Counted from the first letter of the stretch, positions 7,772 to 15,831 are shown. The stretch: DNA of 20,000 nt from an uncultured virus (IMG/VR IMGVR_UViG_3300046557_000419) (IMGVR_UViG_3300046557_000419:52277-72276), one strand, 5' to 3'. Notes: generated by a model from the sequence alone, not told the origin. Numbers and translations are program-made.

Positions 7772-8022
7772 CGGAACGCCTTGCATGCGTCGCCGCTCCG
7801 GAAGGTGCCGGAGGGGCAGGCCGTGCCGGGGATGTACGGGTATGCGCGCGGGGTGTCCTTGTGGAGCGCCTCGCACTTGTCGCCGAGTCCGACGTAACCC
7901 GTGGGGCACGTTCCAGTGCGCTGGATGCGCTCCCTGCCATCTGGAGTCGGTGTGGGATATTTGGTCTCGGCGAGCGCAGGGGCTGCCAGGGTAAGCAAGA
8001 CGAGGGCGATGATCTTCTTCAT
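7768..8022 (-). CDS. Small secreted Cys-rich protein
   Basis: Signal peptide MKKIIALVLLTLAAPALA, followed by two CPxG...GDxC repeats. Confidence 0.75.
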   Translation of the reverse strand: MKKIIALVLLTLAAPALAETKYPTPTPDGRERIQRTGTCPTGYVGLGDKCEALHKDTPRAYPYIPGTACPSGTFRSGDACKAFR

Positions 8023-9260
8023 GGCTGATCTCCAATGATCTTTTTCAGTTCCTGACTGAGCAGTATTGAAACCGCCCGCTTCTCGGGCAGCATGTCGTAT
8101 TTGTCGTAGACGGCGGTGACGTCGCCATCGATGTGGTCGAGCATTGCCTTGACGTCCGGTCGCGGGGCGCCGCAGCGCCGGGCAAGAGTGGCCGCGGTGC
8201 GCCGGAGGTCGTGCGGGGTGAAGTGTTCCATCTTGAGGAATGACCGAATGCCGACCCGGTTCGAGCGCTCCTTGTCGTTCAAAGCCTGAGACAAAGAGCT
8301 GCGCTTGATCTCGACCTTCTCCCCGTACTTGGATGGGAAAAGACAGACCTGCTTCTCGTCCTTGATGGCGGCCTTGATGACCTCCGTTGCCAGCGGCGAG
8401 ACAGGCACGATCACCTCGCGCCGGCCCTTCACCCTGATAGGAGGCATCTGGTACTGGGCATGCTCCGTGCCGAGCCCGCTGATCTCCGACAGGAGGGCGC
8501 CGGCCGCCTGGTATGGTCGGACCATGGTGGCCAGAACCATCTTCAGCGCGAGCGCCACCTGGCGATCACAGGGCACGTCCGGATGCTCCAGACCCCACCA
8601 GAGCGTCCTAATCTCGTCGTCGGATAGGACCCTGTTCCGAGCCTTCTCCGATCCGCCGCGGCGCTCCATGCCGGTGATCGGATTGGAGGGCACGTATTTC
8701 CGGCCGGGCTGCCTGGCCCATTCGAACATCTTGTGGATAACCGACTGCGTCCGGTTGGCGCTGATCGGGGCATCCTCGGCGATCTCGTCGAGGACATCGG
8801 CAATGTCGTCGTCCGTCACCGTGTGCGCTGGCATGTGCCCCAGGGCGACCTTGGGGCGTTTCAGGTAGCCCTCGTCGTTCTTCCAGGAGGACTTGTTCGG
8901 CTTTGCGTACTCCTCCATGTAGGCGTCGCAGAGAGCTTCGAACGAGAGATCCTCTGCACGGGCCGCAGCACGCCGCTCGCGCCGCTGTTCGGATCGGGGG
9001 TCCTTGTCGTCGCCGATCTTCTTGCGCTGCTCGGCGGCCTTCTCTCGGGCCAAGGCGAGGGAAATGTCCGGATACCGACCGAGCGATATCCGGACCGCCC
9101 GCGAGAGCAGGGGCGACCAATAGGTGAGCGCGAAGGACTTGGCGCCGGACTTGAACACCCGGACCTTGAGCCCGGGGCAGGCATCGTCCGCGACGTCGAT
9201 CTGCTCTTTTTCTTGGGGGCATTTGAGCCCTGTGATATGCTTGTCAGTGAGCCTTGGCAC
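8019..9260 (-). CDS. int: Tyrosine recombinase/integrase with N-terminal arm-DNA-binding domain
   Basis: N-terminal DDACPGLKVRV..SGAKSF...LGRYPDISLALAR (arm-binding). Catalytic R (MVRP), HDLRRT, LDH and VYDKY. Start is GTG 9260 after GGAG (alternative TTG 9272). Adjacent to attP. Confidence 0.95.
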   Translation of the reverse strand: MPRLTDKHITGLKCPQEKEQIDVADDACPGLKVRVFKSGAKSFALTYWSPLLSRAVRISLGRYPDISLALAREKAAEQRKKIGDDKDPRSEQRRERRAAARAEDLSFEALCDAYMEEYAKPNKSSWKNDEGYLKRPKVALGHMPAHTVTDDDIADVLDEIAEDAPISANRTQSVIHKMFEWARQPGRKYVPSNPITGMERRGGSEKARNRVLSDDEIRTLWWGLEHPDVPCDRQVALALKMVLATMVRPYQAAGALLSEISGLGTEHAQYQMPPIRVKGRREVIVPVSPLATEVIKAAIKDEKQVCLFPSKYGEKVEIKRSSLSQALNDKERSNRVGIRSFLKMEHFTPHDLRRTAATLARRCGAPRPDVKAMLDHIDGDVTAVYDKYDMLPEKRAVSILLSQELKKIIGDQP

Positions 9261-9293
9261 CCTAGTCTCCAACTTCGAAAATCCAGCAGTTTG

Positions 9294-9559
9294 CCTTACC
9301 TACAGTGAAGGAAAGCCTGATGCTTGGTGGACCATATTTGCATCCGTGCAAGCGTGCAAGTAGAAAGATCAATGACTTGACCTCACTCATGCGGTCCACT
9401 TGCACCATAAAGCAAATGCAAATCAGCCTGGGAGACTAGGGGTCGGAGGTTCAAATCCTCTCGCTCCGACCAAAATAACCAAGTAATAACAGATACTTGG
9501 CAACTCGGTCAGAAACCCAATCTTCTCCCAAGCCGATCAAAGGTAAGGTATAGGTAAGG
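9294..9559. repeat. Putative integrase arm-type sites and IHF-like site flanking the att core
   Basis: CCTTACCTA (9294-9302) is inverted relative to tandem AGGTAAGG (9541-9548) and TAGGTAAGG (9551-9559). GATCAATGACTTG (9367-9379) is a near match to the IHF consensus WATCAAN4TTR. Confidence 0.6.
9428..9472 (+). mobile_element. attP core: 3' 45 nt of tRNA-Pro(GGG)
   Basis: CTGGGAG-ACTAG-GGGTC-GGAGG-TTCAAAT-CCTCT-CGCTCCG-A-CCA gives anticodon loop, 3' anticodon stem, T arm, acceptor strand and CCA. No 5' tRNA half lies upstream. Located between int and xis. Confidence 0.9.
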
Positions 9560-9612
9560 AAATCTCAAGACCCAGGTGAGAACGCCTGACATCGTCTGCT
9601 CCTGCCTCAACG

Positions 9613-9640
9613 AAAAATCGCCGGCTCTGAGGCCGACGAT
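9613..9640 (-). terminator. Rho-independent terminator after the excisionase
   Basis: Minus strand ATCGTCGGC-CTCAGA-GCCGGCGAT followed by TTTT, about 10 nt after the stop at 9650. Confidence 0.65.
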
Positions 9641-9649
9641 CCTTCAGTT

Positions 9650-9862
9650 CTAAGCAGCATTACTGAGCTGCTTCTGCCATTCGATCACCTCGTCCAGGTA
9701 CCAGGCGATCCTCCCATCGGTAATCTTCTTGGCCTTGGGGAAGGAGCCGTCGCCCGCCTTACGCAGCAGGGTGGCTTTGCTGAACGGGACCTTCCCCAGC
9801 ACCTCCTTGACGCTGATCATCTGTCTCAGCTCGTTGTCCTGGGTCGTCGTCTCGGTGGTCAT
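9650..9862 (-). CDS. AlpA-family HTH protein, probable excisionase/recombination directionality factor
   Basis: MISVKEVLGKVPFSKATLLRKAGDGSFPKAKKITDGRIAWYLDEVIEW is the AlpA pattern. GAGG RBS; next to attP. Confidence 0.88.
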   Translation of the reverse strand: MTTETTTQDNELRQMISVKEVLGKVPFSKATLLRKAGDGSFPKAKKITDGRIAWYLDEVIEWQKQLSNAA

Positions 9863-10139
9863 TCTGGTCGTCCTCAAAGAGTGGGTCTCGGGTCAGCTTG
9901 CAGGTCCGCCGGACCTCCTCAGCCTCGTCATTTTCGCCATAGTCGCAGTCGCCGCAGCGGGTGCATGTGTTGACCGGGATGGAGCAGCTGCAGAGGCCGC
10001 GCTCGCCATCGCAGCTGGCGCTACACCCGCCGATGGACTTCATGTCGCAGCCCAGCTCTCGGCAGGTAGCGGTGGCCGCGATCCTCTCCAGGTGGGCGAC
10101 ATGCGCCCGGGCTGTCTCCAGTTGATCAGTCAGATTCAC
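9759..10139 (-). CDS. Cys-rich hypothetical phage protein
   Basis: CRELGC...GGCSASC...CSCSIPVNTCTRCGDCDYGEN. The C-terminal tail overlaps the AlpA gene, so the true end may be functionally irrelevant. Confidence 0.6.
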   Translation of the reverse strand: MNLTDQLETARAHVAHLERIAATATCRELGCDMKSIGGCSASCDGERGLCSCSIPVNTCTRCGDCDYGENDEAEEVRRTCKLTRDPLFEDDQNDHRDDDPGQRAETDDQRQGGAGEGPVQQSHPAA

Positions 10140-10512
10140 GGCCGGTCCCCGGGATCATCCAGATGCTGAACGACGGATCGCCGCAGCCGGCGCCCGATCC
10201 ATTCCGTCCATAGATGACGATGTCGCCATCCACGGGATCGCCCAACCTCGGGTGATTGGGATAGAAATCAGTCTTCCAGATATTCGTCCGGTACGGACCG
10301 TTCGGCGGTCGTCCCGGCCTCCAGGCCGCAGTCAGGCCCATCATGCTGAGGGGGCGGTGGCGGTACGAGCTTTCCTTACTCATGTCGCCGCGAACATCCA
10401 GTTCCACATCCCAGCTGTCGTGGACCGTGGTCACGTCGATCCACTCCCTGTCGTCATCGAAGTCTCGACTCGGCGCGGGTCGGCGGAGGATCATCATCGT
10501 GTCCGGTCTCAT
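10126..10512 (-). CDS. Hypothetical protein (128 aa)
   Basis: Start at ATG 10512 is ATGA-coupled, with GGAG upstream. Confidence 0.55.
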   Translation of the reverse strand: MRPDTMMILRRPAPSRDFDDDREWIDVTTVHDSWDVELDVRGDMSKESSYRHRPLSMMGLTAAWRPGRPPNGPYRTNIWKTDFYPNHPRLGDPVDGDIVIYGRNGSGAGCGDPSFSIWMIPGTGRESD

Positions 10513-10691
10513 GCCGCTGCTCCAATCAGGATGCGGCTCTCGTCGCGGGTGTTGCCGATCCAGCAGTTCGTGATGCCGGTGTAGCTCTTGATGTCCTGGT
10601 GATGCAGCTCGGCCTCGGCCTGAGACTGATACGGACCAGCCTGGTAGTCCTTGCCCATGACGGTGTAGTTGACGAAGTGCTGTTTGCTCAT
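10509..10691 (-). CDS. Hypothetical protein (60 aa)
   Basis: ATGA-coupled at both ends. Confidence 0.65.
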   Translation of the reverse strand: MSKQHFVNYTVMGKDYQAGPYQSQAEAELHHQDIKSYTGITNCWIGNTRDESRILIGAAA

Positions 10692-11011
10692 TGCTTTTTC
10701 CCAAAGACGCTGTCGACGGTCGGCGCCCGCTCATCGCTGGGGGCTATCCAGACCCTCGTCTGCCGGTTGCCGTGATTGTTGCCCTTGACGTGAAAGTCCT
10801 GCTCGTGTCGGGCTCGGTTCAGTTTTGAAACCATGACACGGAAGCCGGCGAGCATCGCTTGATCGTGATCTCGAAATGTCTCCGGCTTCCCGTCCTTGCC
10901 ATTCACCCACTCTGGCGAAGATCCCGGGATGCCGTAGGTCGCGTGGTAGAGACCATCGATTTCCTTGTGGGGTACAACTGCCGAATAGTAGGAGTTGGCA
11001 ATCTTGGTCAT
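10688..11011 (-). CDS. Hypothetical protein (107 aa)
   Basis: ATGA-coupled at both ends, with TAAGGA RBS. Confidence 0.7.
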   Translation of the reverse strand: MTKIANSYYSAVVPHKEIDGLYHATYGIPGSSPEWVNGKDGKPETFRDHDQAMLAGFRVMVSKLNRARHEQDFHVKGNNHGNRQTRVWIAPSDERAPTVDSVFGKKQ

Positions 11012-11985
11012 GCAGCTTTCCTTAAGACGTCTAGCTCGATGAATTTGCGGTTCTGGCTCCAGCCGCGGAAATTTCCGTGAAGGTGCGACTGCTGCCAGTA
11101 TCCGACGCGGAACTCGCCATACGGCCCGATCTGACCCGGCACTCGGACGTCTGGCGTGGCCTGATGCTCAGCCGGTGAGGCGTGAAGCGGCCGGGCACCG
11201 ACGAGGTCGTTGAACAGCGCGAGATCCTTGTGGACCTGCGGCTGCTTGCCTTCGTGGGTCAGGTAGGAGGTGCGAGCGCAACGGGCGACGGAGATTTTCT
11301 TCTGCGTATCCAGGTCGAGCCACTCCTGCTCGAACTCCGAGACGAACGGCAAATGCCATTGGCCCGGCTGCAACAGCTGTGGCTTGCTGTCGGCAAACGC
11401 TGCCTTGATCGCGATAGCCAGCGCCTGGATCTCCGGCTGTGCATCCTTGTGGTCACGCAGCTCGAAGAAGTTGTCCCAATCGGTCGCTGTGATCAGGACG
11501 TTGATGTGGGCGTAGGGCTCGAGAATGCGGTTGACGACCTGTTTGTGATAGCCGGCCTGGTCGTAGGCTCGTGCGAATGCGATGGCGTGGTCACGAGCCT
11601 CGCACCACATCTGCTGCGGCGACAGCAGCGATCCCATGAGGACGTTGTCGTTCGCGAAGGGATTCTTGATGTAGTCGGTCAGCTCGATGTCGGCCTGCAT
11701 GCCCTTCTGGTTTTTGCCCCAGTGGATCGGCATGGCCGTGTCGCGGATGATGTCGTCGATCAGACGCTGAACCGGGATCGCGCGGGAACTGGAAGCGTTC
11801 CGAGACAAATTGCGGTCGTACATCAGGCCATCGTTGATCTCGATGATCATGTCGGGCGTCGAGCTGAGGACGCGATGGGTCAGCTCTTCAGCGTGGATGA
11901 ATCGCGGGTAACGCGCGAGCACCGTCTTCAGTTCGATTTGCTGAGGCGAAACCGAATGCAAAACTTTAGTTGCAGAGACCGTCAT
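11008..11985 (-). CDS. thyX: Phage-type FAD-dependent thymidylate synthase (ThyX/Thy1-like)
   Basis: YPRFIHAE..THR, SRNASSSRAIP, HKQVVNRILEP, NFFELR...AQPEI, WHLP, SVARCARTSY and HASPAEHQA are the motifs of the phage Thy1 clade. Confidence 0.85.
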   Translation of the reverse strand: MTVSATKVLHSVSPQQIELKTVLARYPRFIHAEELTHRVLSSTPDMIIEINDGLMYDRNLSRNASSSRAIPVQRLIDDIIRDTAMPIHWGKNQKGMQADIELTDYIKNPFANDNVLMGSLLSPQQMWCEARDHAIAFARAYDQAGYHKQVVNRILEPYAHINVLITATDWDNFFELRDHKDAQPEIQALAIAIKAAFADSKPQLLQPGQWHLPFVSEFEQEWLDLDTQKKISVARCARTSYLTHEGKQPQVHKDLALFNDLVGARPLHASPAEHQATPDVRVPGQIGPYGEFRVGYWQQSHLHGNFRGWSQNRKFIELDVLRKAA

Positions 11986-12191
11986 AGGCTTGCATTCCCT
12001 TCAAGGTTGCGGTTAGCTTCTTCTTTGCTGTCGTATGGGCCAATGGCGTCCCAGCTGTAGCCTTCGCCGTCTGGCCCCATGTCGCCGTCGTCACGCGGCT
12101 CCATGCACAAGATCCACCAGCCAGACTGATCTTCACCGACATCCTCCGGCGGGAGGAACTTCACGATGGTTCTGGATAGCTCTACCGACAT
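11982..12191 (-). CDS. Small acidic hypothetical protein (69 aa)
   Basis: GAGG RBS; its stop overlaps the thyX start. Contains GPYDSKEEA. Confidence 0.65.
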   Translation of the reverse strand: MSVELSRTIVKFLPPEDVGEDQSGWWILCMEPRDDGDMGPDGEGYSWDAIGPYDSKEEANRNLEGNASL

Positions 12192-12192
12192 G

Positions 12193-12681
12193 TCACGAGT
12201 CCTCAGGCGGGATCGGCACTGCCTTCAGGAGCAGATCGACCTGAGCCTTGAGCTGGCGGATCACATCGCGCTGAGCCCGGTTTTCAAAAAGCTTCTCGTT
12301 GTTGGACGCGATCAGCTCCTTGATGCGGTCCTCCGCGAACGCCTCGCGGACGAACGACTCTTCGATCGCTTCGAGCAGGCGCGGCATTGAACGCATCAAC
12401 CCGGTCAGGAAACGGGCGCGCTCGGCCGCATCAGGCGTGTTGCCTGTCATGGCGAGCACAAGGCCGGTCTTGCCGTTACGCACTGAGTGCATGACCGTCT
12501 TCTCGGGAAGCGAGGTCCGATCGCGCGTCTTCGAGAGATGGACCTGCATCTCGCCGATCTGTTCGTCATCGGTCAGCTCGGCTGAACCGACCCACTCCGG
12601 GTCTTCGACGAACCGAAGGAATTTCCTCGCCTCTCGAACGAATGAGAGCAGCTCTTGATCTGTGTTCTGCTTGTCTGACAT
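12193..12681 (-). CDS. Hypothetical protein with C-terminal coiled coil, possibly Ead/Ea22-like
   Basis: ATG 12681 after GGAG. ARFLTGLMRSMPRLLEAIE is followed by a heptad-like tail. Confidence 0.6.
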   Translation of the reverse strand: MSDKQNTDQELLSFVREARKFLRFVEDPEWVGSAELTDDEQIGEMQVHLSKTRDRTSLPEKTVMHSVRNGKTGLVLAMTGNTPDAAERARFLTGLMRSMPRLLEAIEESFVREAFAEDRIKELIASNNEKLFENRAQRDVIRQLKAQVDLLLKAVPIPPEDS

Positions 12682-12803
12682 GCTCACTCCAAAAATTGAC
12701 AAATAGAAAAGACGTCTATCGGAACCGCCCCGGTCACCCAATCGAGTGCCGGGGCTTTGCATGGAGGCAATCCATGCAATCCGTTGTGTTGTCGCGGAGG
12801 TCG

Positions 12804-13691
12804 TTACTTCGGCTGAACGAGCTTCGCGATGTCGGGCTTGGCGTTGGCGAAACCGTCGACGATCTTCTCGAAGTCGTTACTGTGAGCCGAGATCCAGTCG
12901 CGGTTGGCAACGAACACGGCATCGACCTGGATCGTGTCGACCGCCTTCGAACCACCGAACATGCCGGTGGGCTGGATGCCCTTGTAGGTGTTGGCCGGGA
13001 TCTCGCCGTAGGTGTAGACGGGCTGACCGCGGCTATCCTTGGCGTTCTTGGTCATGTCGCGGTCGTCGGTGGCAACCAAGCCAACGCTGTCTGCATACTT
13101 CGGCGCTTCGTTCTTGAGGAACGGGGCGTTCAAAGCCGTGACGATCAGGGCACACTGCACTTCCGAACCGTCGTTGACGGCACTGAGCGCGAGGGTGCCG
13201 GCGAGGTCAGAGGTGCGAACCTTGCCGTAGCGAGCCTTGTCCGCCGCGACGAATGCGGCCCAGGTCGTGTTGGCGCCCGAACCTTCGGGACCGATGGCGA
13301 CCGTGAAGTTGGAGTTCAGGTCGACCATGCGGGCGGAGGTGTATGCCTTGCGGTTGCAGATCAGGTTCGCTTGCTCCTGGTAGAGCACGCCGGCACGCTG
13401 CAGCGCCGAGATCGCCTTGGCGTTGCGACCCGAGTAGACGAGCAGGGCGTCGGACTGAACGAACGCGCCGTCGCATTCGCCCGCCGTGACCTTGTCGAGG
13501 TTGTCCAGCGAACCCTTGGTCTCGATGACCTCGACCGCGGTGGCGTGGCGCTTCAGGTGCTGGCCGGCAGCGAAGTAGTTGAGCTTCTGGTTGCCGGTGC
13601 AAAGGCGGAACTTGGTCGGCGCATCAGCAGCGATGGTGGGTGCGGTCATCGCACCGAGAGCGAGAGCTGCGATCAGGAAAAGCTTCTTCAT
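12804..13691 (-). CDS. TAXI-family (TRAP-type) periplasmic solute-binding protein
   Basis: Signal peptide; TG....NY; ETKGSLDNL; AFVQSDA; LYQE; VAIGPEGSGANTTW; IPANTY; VDAVFVA. AAGGAG RBS. Confidence 0.85.
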   Translation of the reverse strand: MKKLFLIAALALGAMTAPTIAADAPTKFRLCTGNQKLNYFAAGQHLKRHATAVEVIETKGSLDNLDKVTAGECDGAFVQSDALLVYSGRNAKAISALQRAGVLYQEQANLICNRKAYTSARMVDLNSNFTVAIGPEGSGANTTWAAFVAADKARYGKVRTSDLAGTLALSAVNDGSEVQCALIVTALNAPFLKNEAPKYADSVGLVATDDRDMTKNAKDSRGQPVYTYGEIPANTYKGIQPTGMFGGSKAVDTIQVDAVFVANRDWISAHSNDFEKIVDGFANAKPDIAKLVQPK

Positions 13692-13750
13692 GTAGTGCTC
13701 CTTGAAAACCCGTTTGCAGGGTCAGTTGCATTCAAACAAACGCGAGGGGA

Positions 13751-13864
13751 CTAAAAAAACCAGCGGATGAGGGGGTACCTACGGGCCGCCTTGAAGACGA
13801 TGGTGCCGAAGTAGATCACTCCCAGGCCGCCGAGGGCGTGGTTCAAGAGAAGTGCGACGATCAT
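13751..13864 (-). CDS. Putative small membrane peptide (37 aa)
   Basis: Not in the track: MIVALLLNHALGGLGVIYFGTIVFKAARRYPLIRWFF*. It starts 2 nt after the upstream stop and fills the gap. Confidence 0.45.
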   Translation of the reverse strand: MIVALLLNHALGGLGVIYFGTIVFKAARRYPLIRWFF

Positions 13865-13866
13865 GA

Positions 13867-14256
13867 TCAGGACTCGATGGTCTTGGGCAGACCCGTTGCC
13901 TCGTTGTAGGTCTGGTCGGGACGACGCGCGAGGCGGGTCGGGTCCTCACCGTTCATCAGAAGCCGCTTGATCTCCTGGATCAGGAAGGTCACGCCGACAA
14001 CGATGTTGGGGATATCGCCTCCGTAGCTGCGGAAACCGCTCCAGTCCTGCGGATAGCAGTCCGGGACCTCGTTGAAGGCGCCCGGATATTCGAAGCGCCG
14101 ATCGAAGGTGGCTTCGAGCTGTGCGAAACCGCCAGCGAAGAGTTGGCCGTTCTGGATGTCGGTTCTGTTGGAGGCGTCGCCCCACATCCCGTTCTGCAGA
14201 CCCAGCTCACCCATGACGAGTTCGAGGGCCTTCTTCTCAGCTTCATTTGCGTTCAA
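13867..14256 (-). CDS. Hypothetical phage protein (129 aa)
   Basis: TTG start after AAAGGAG. E...Q...WG...L...EIKRL pattern of a common phage helical protein. Confidence 0.7.
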   Translation of the reverse strand: MNANEAEKKALELVMGELGLQNGMWGDASNRTDIQNGQLFAGGFAQLEATFDRRFEYPGAFNEVPDCYPQDWSGFRSYGGDIPNIVVGVTFLIQEIKRLLMNGEDPTRLARRPDQTYNEATGLPKTIES

Positions 14257-14322
14257 AGTCAGTCTCCTTTGCAGTGGTTATTTGCATTCAAGCGCGTAAG
14301 AAAGCAAGCGAAAACTTGCGGC

Positions 14323-14736
14323 TCAGTACTTCTTTCCGCCTTTTTTGACGCGGTTCTCGGCCTTGTGGTCGGGCCGCACCAGGTTGAAGGCAGACTTCTC
14401 ACGGGCTGCGGCGCCGAGACTGAGCGTCAGGGCTCCGCCGAGGTCACCGATCCGGATCAGCGCGTCCGCCAGCTCCACCTCTATCCCCTTGCGGTGGGGC
14501 AGCTTGTCGTCCATCTCGTCCTTGCGGTCGGCTTCCATCGCCTCGCAAAGCTCGCTGACGGTCAGCATCAGCTTGGTCGGAACGATCAGATCCTTGCCGC
14601 GGAGGTCTTCTCCGGTGATCGGGTCGATCCACCAGTGCTTGTTCATCTTGTGGCAGATAGCCACAAGGGCGTTGACCGATCTCTCCAGTTCGATCAGGTC
14701 GGCCTCTGTAAAGTTGTCGTTCGCTACGGTCGTCAT
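14323..14736 (-). CDS. MazG-like all-alpha NTP pyrophosphohydrolase
   Basis: KLMLTVSELCEAMEADRK...EVELADALIRIGDL (ExxE...ExxD). TAAGGAGG RBS. Confidence 0.85.
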   Translation of the reverse strand: MTTVANDNFTEADLIELERSVNALVAICHKMNKHWWIDPITGEDLRGKDLIVPTKLMLTVSELCEAMEADRKDEMDDKLPHRKGIEVELADALIRIGDLGGALTLSLGAAAREKSAFNLVRPDHKAENRVKKGGKKY

Positions 14737-15062
14737 GACGCCTCCTTAAAACGGAACTCGTCAGCAAGGTCCTCGAACATCCGGACGACCTCTTTCTGGT
14801 TGCGCCCGGTCTGATCGTTCCAATCGAATGGGTGCTTGCCCAGCTGACCTTTGATCAGGGGGACGAAGCGCGCATACGCGCCTCGATCTTCTTCGCCAGC
14901 TGCTCTTCTGATGCAGCCCTCGATGTCGAAGGCCTTGGCTTGGCGGCTGAATACCGGGACCGGCTTGCCTTGCCGATCCCTCGCAAGTGTCTTCTGAGTC
15001 CAGCGACCGGGCTTGGAGAACATCAGCAGACAGCGCTCAATGACCTCCAGCTCGGTGAACAT
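14733..15062 (-). CDS. DUF6197-like phage protein
   Basis: WTQKTLARD..G.....A..F...G.I...WND..GR...EVV..F pattern. Start at ATG 15062. Confidence 0.7.
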   Translation of the reverse strand: MFTELEVIERCLLMFSKPGRWTQKTLARDRQGKPVPVFSRQAKAFDIEGCIRRAAGEEDRGAYARFVPLIKGQLGKHPFDWNDQTGRNQKEVVRMFEDLADEFRFKEAS

Positions 15063-15146
15063 CAATGACCTGCCAGACCGCGGGCTATCCCGTAGAAACA
15101 TAGAATCCAAACGAGCAGCACCGCAGTCCATTTCAGTTGATCGGCG

Positions 15147-15806
15147 TCAGGCAGCCGCATCAGCAACTACAGCCTGCTTCCAGCGCCAGAACAGGCCTAC
15201 GAACAGCACCAGCACCATGCCAGCCAGCGATGTCGAGTAGTGGTGACCGAAGGACAACGGGTCCGCGGCGATGATGCCACCAGCAACCCAACCCAGCAGG
15301 GCTGCACCAGCCCAGGTGAGGATCGGGAAGCGGCCGATGACCGTCGAGATGATGGCGCTGCCAGCGATCACAAGCGGGATCGAGAGCAGGACACCGAGGG
15401 CCATCAGGAGCGTCTGGCCGTGAGAGAGCGCGGCGATTGCCATGACGTTGTCGAGGCTCATGCTCGCGTCTGCCACCGAGATGGTCCAGATCGCAGCAGC
15501 GAGGCTGATGACCTTCTTGGCCGGGCCGGCTTCGTCGTCACCGCCCATGAGCAGCTTGGCAGCCACCCAGAGCAGGAAGATGCCGCCCGCGATGCTCAAT
15601 CCCGGAACGCCGAGGAGGAAGGAAGCGAAGAACGACATGATGACGCGCAGGCCAATGGCCGCCGCGGTGCCGCCGATGATGCCCCACTTCCGTTGGTTCT
15701 GCGGAAGCTGGTTACTGACGAGGGCGATGACGACTGCGTTGTCGCCGGAGAGGAGAAGGTCGATCCAAACGATGCCGGCGAGTGCGGCCCAGAAGAGGCT
15801 GTCCAT
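15147..15806 (-). CDS. TerC-family (YjbE-like) integral membrane protein
   Basis: IDLLLSGDNAVVIAL...LP..QR...G...A..LR and ADASMSLDNVMAIA...LSIPL. Multiple transmembrane helices. ATG 15806 after GGAG. Confidence 0.9.
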   Translation of the reverse strand: MDSLFWAALAGIVWIDLLLSGDNAVVIALVSNQLPQNQRKWGIIGGTAAAIGLRVIMSFFASFLLGVPGLSIAGGIFLLWVAAKLLMGGDDEAGPAKKVISLAAAIWTISVADASMSLDNVMAIAALSHGQTLLMALGVLLSIPLVIAGSAIISTVIGRFPILTWAGAALLGWVAGGIIAADPLSFGHHYSTSLAGMVLVLFVGLFWRWKQAVVADAAA

Positions 15807-15831
15807 TGAAAACTCCGAATTGGGAAAGGGG

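Noticed and set aside
9428..9472. Complete tRNA-Pro gene
   Set aside because: Only the anticodon loop to CCA is present. Upstream sequence cannot form the D arm or the 5' acceptor strand, so it is an att core.
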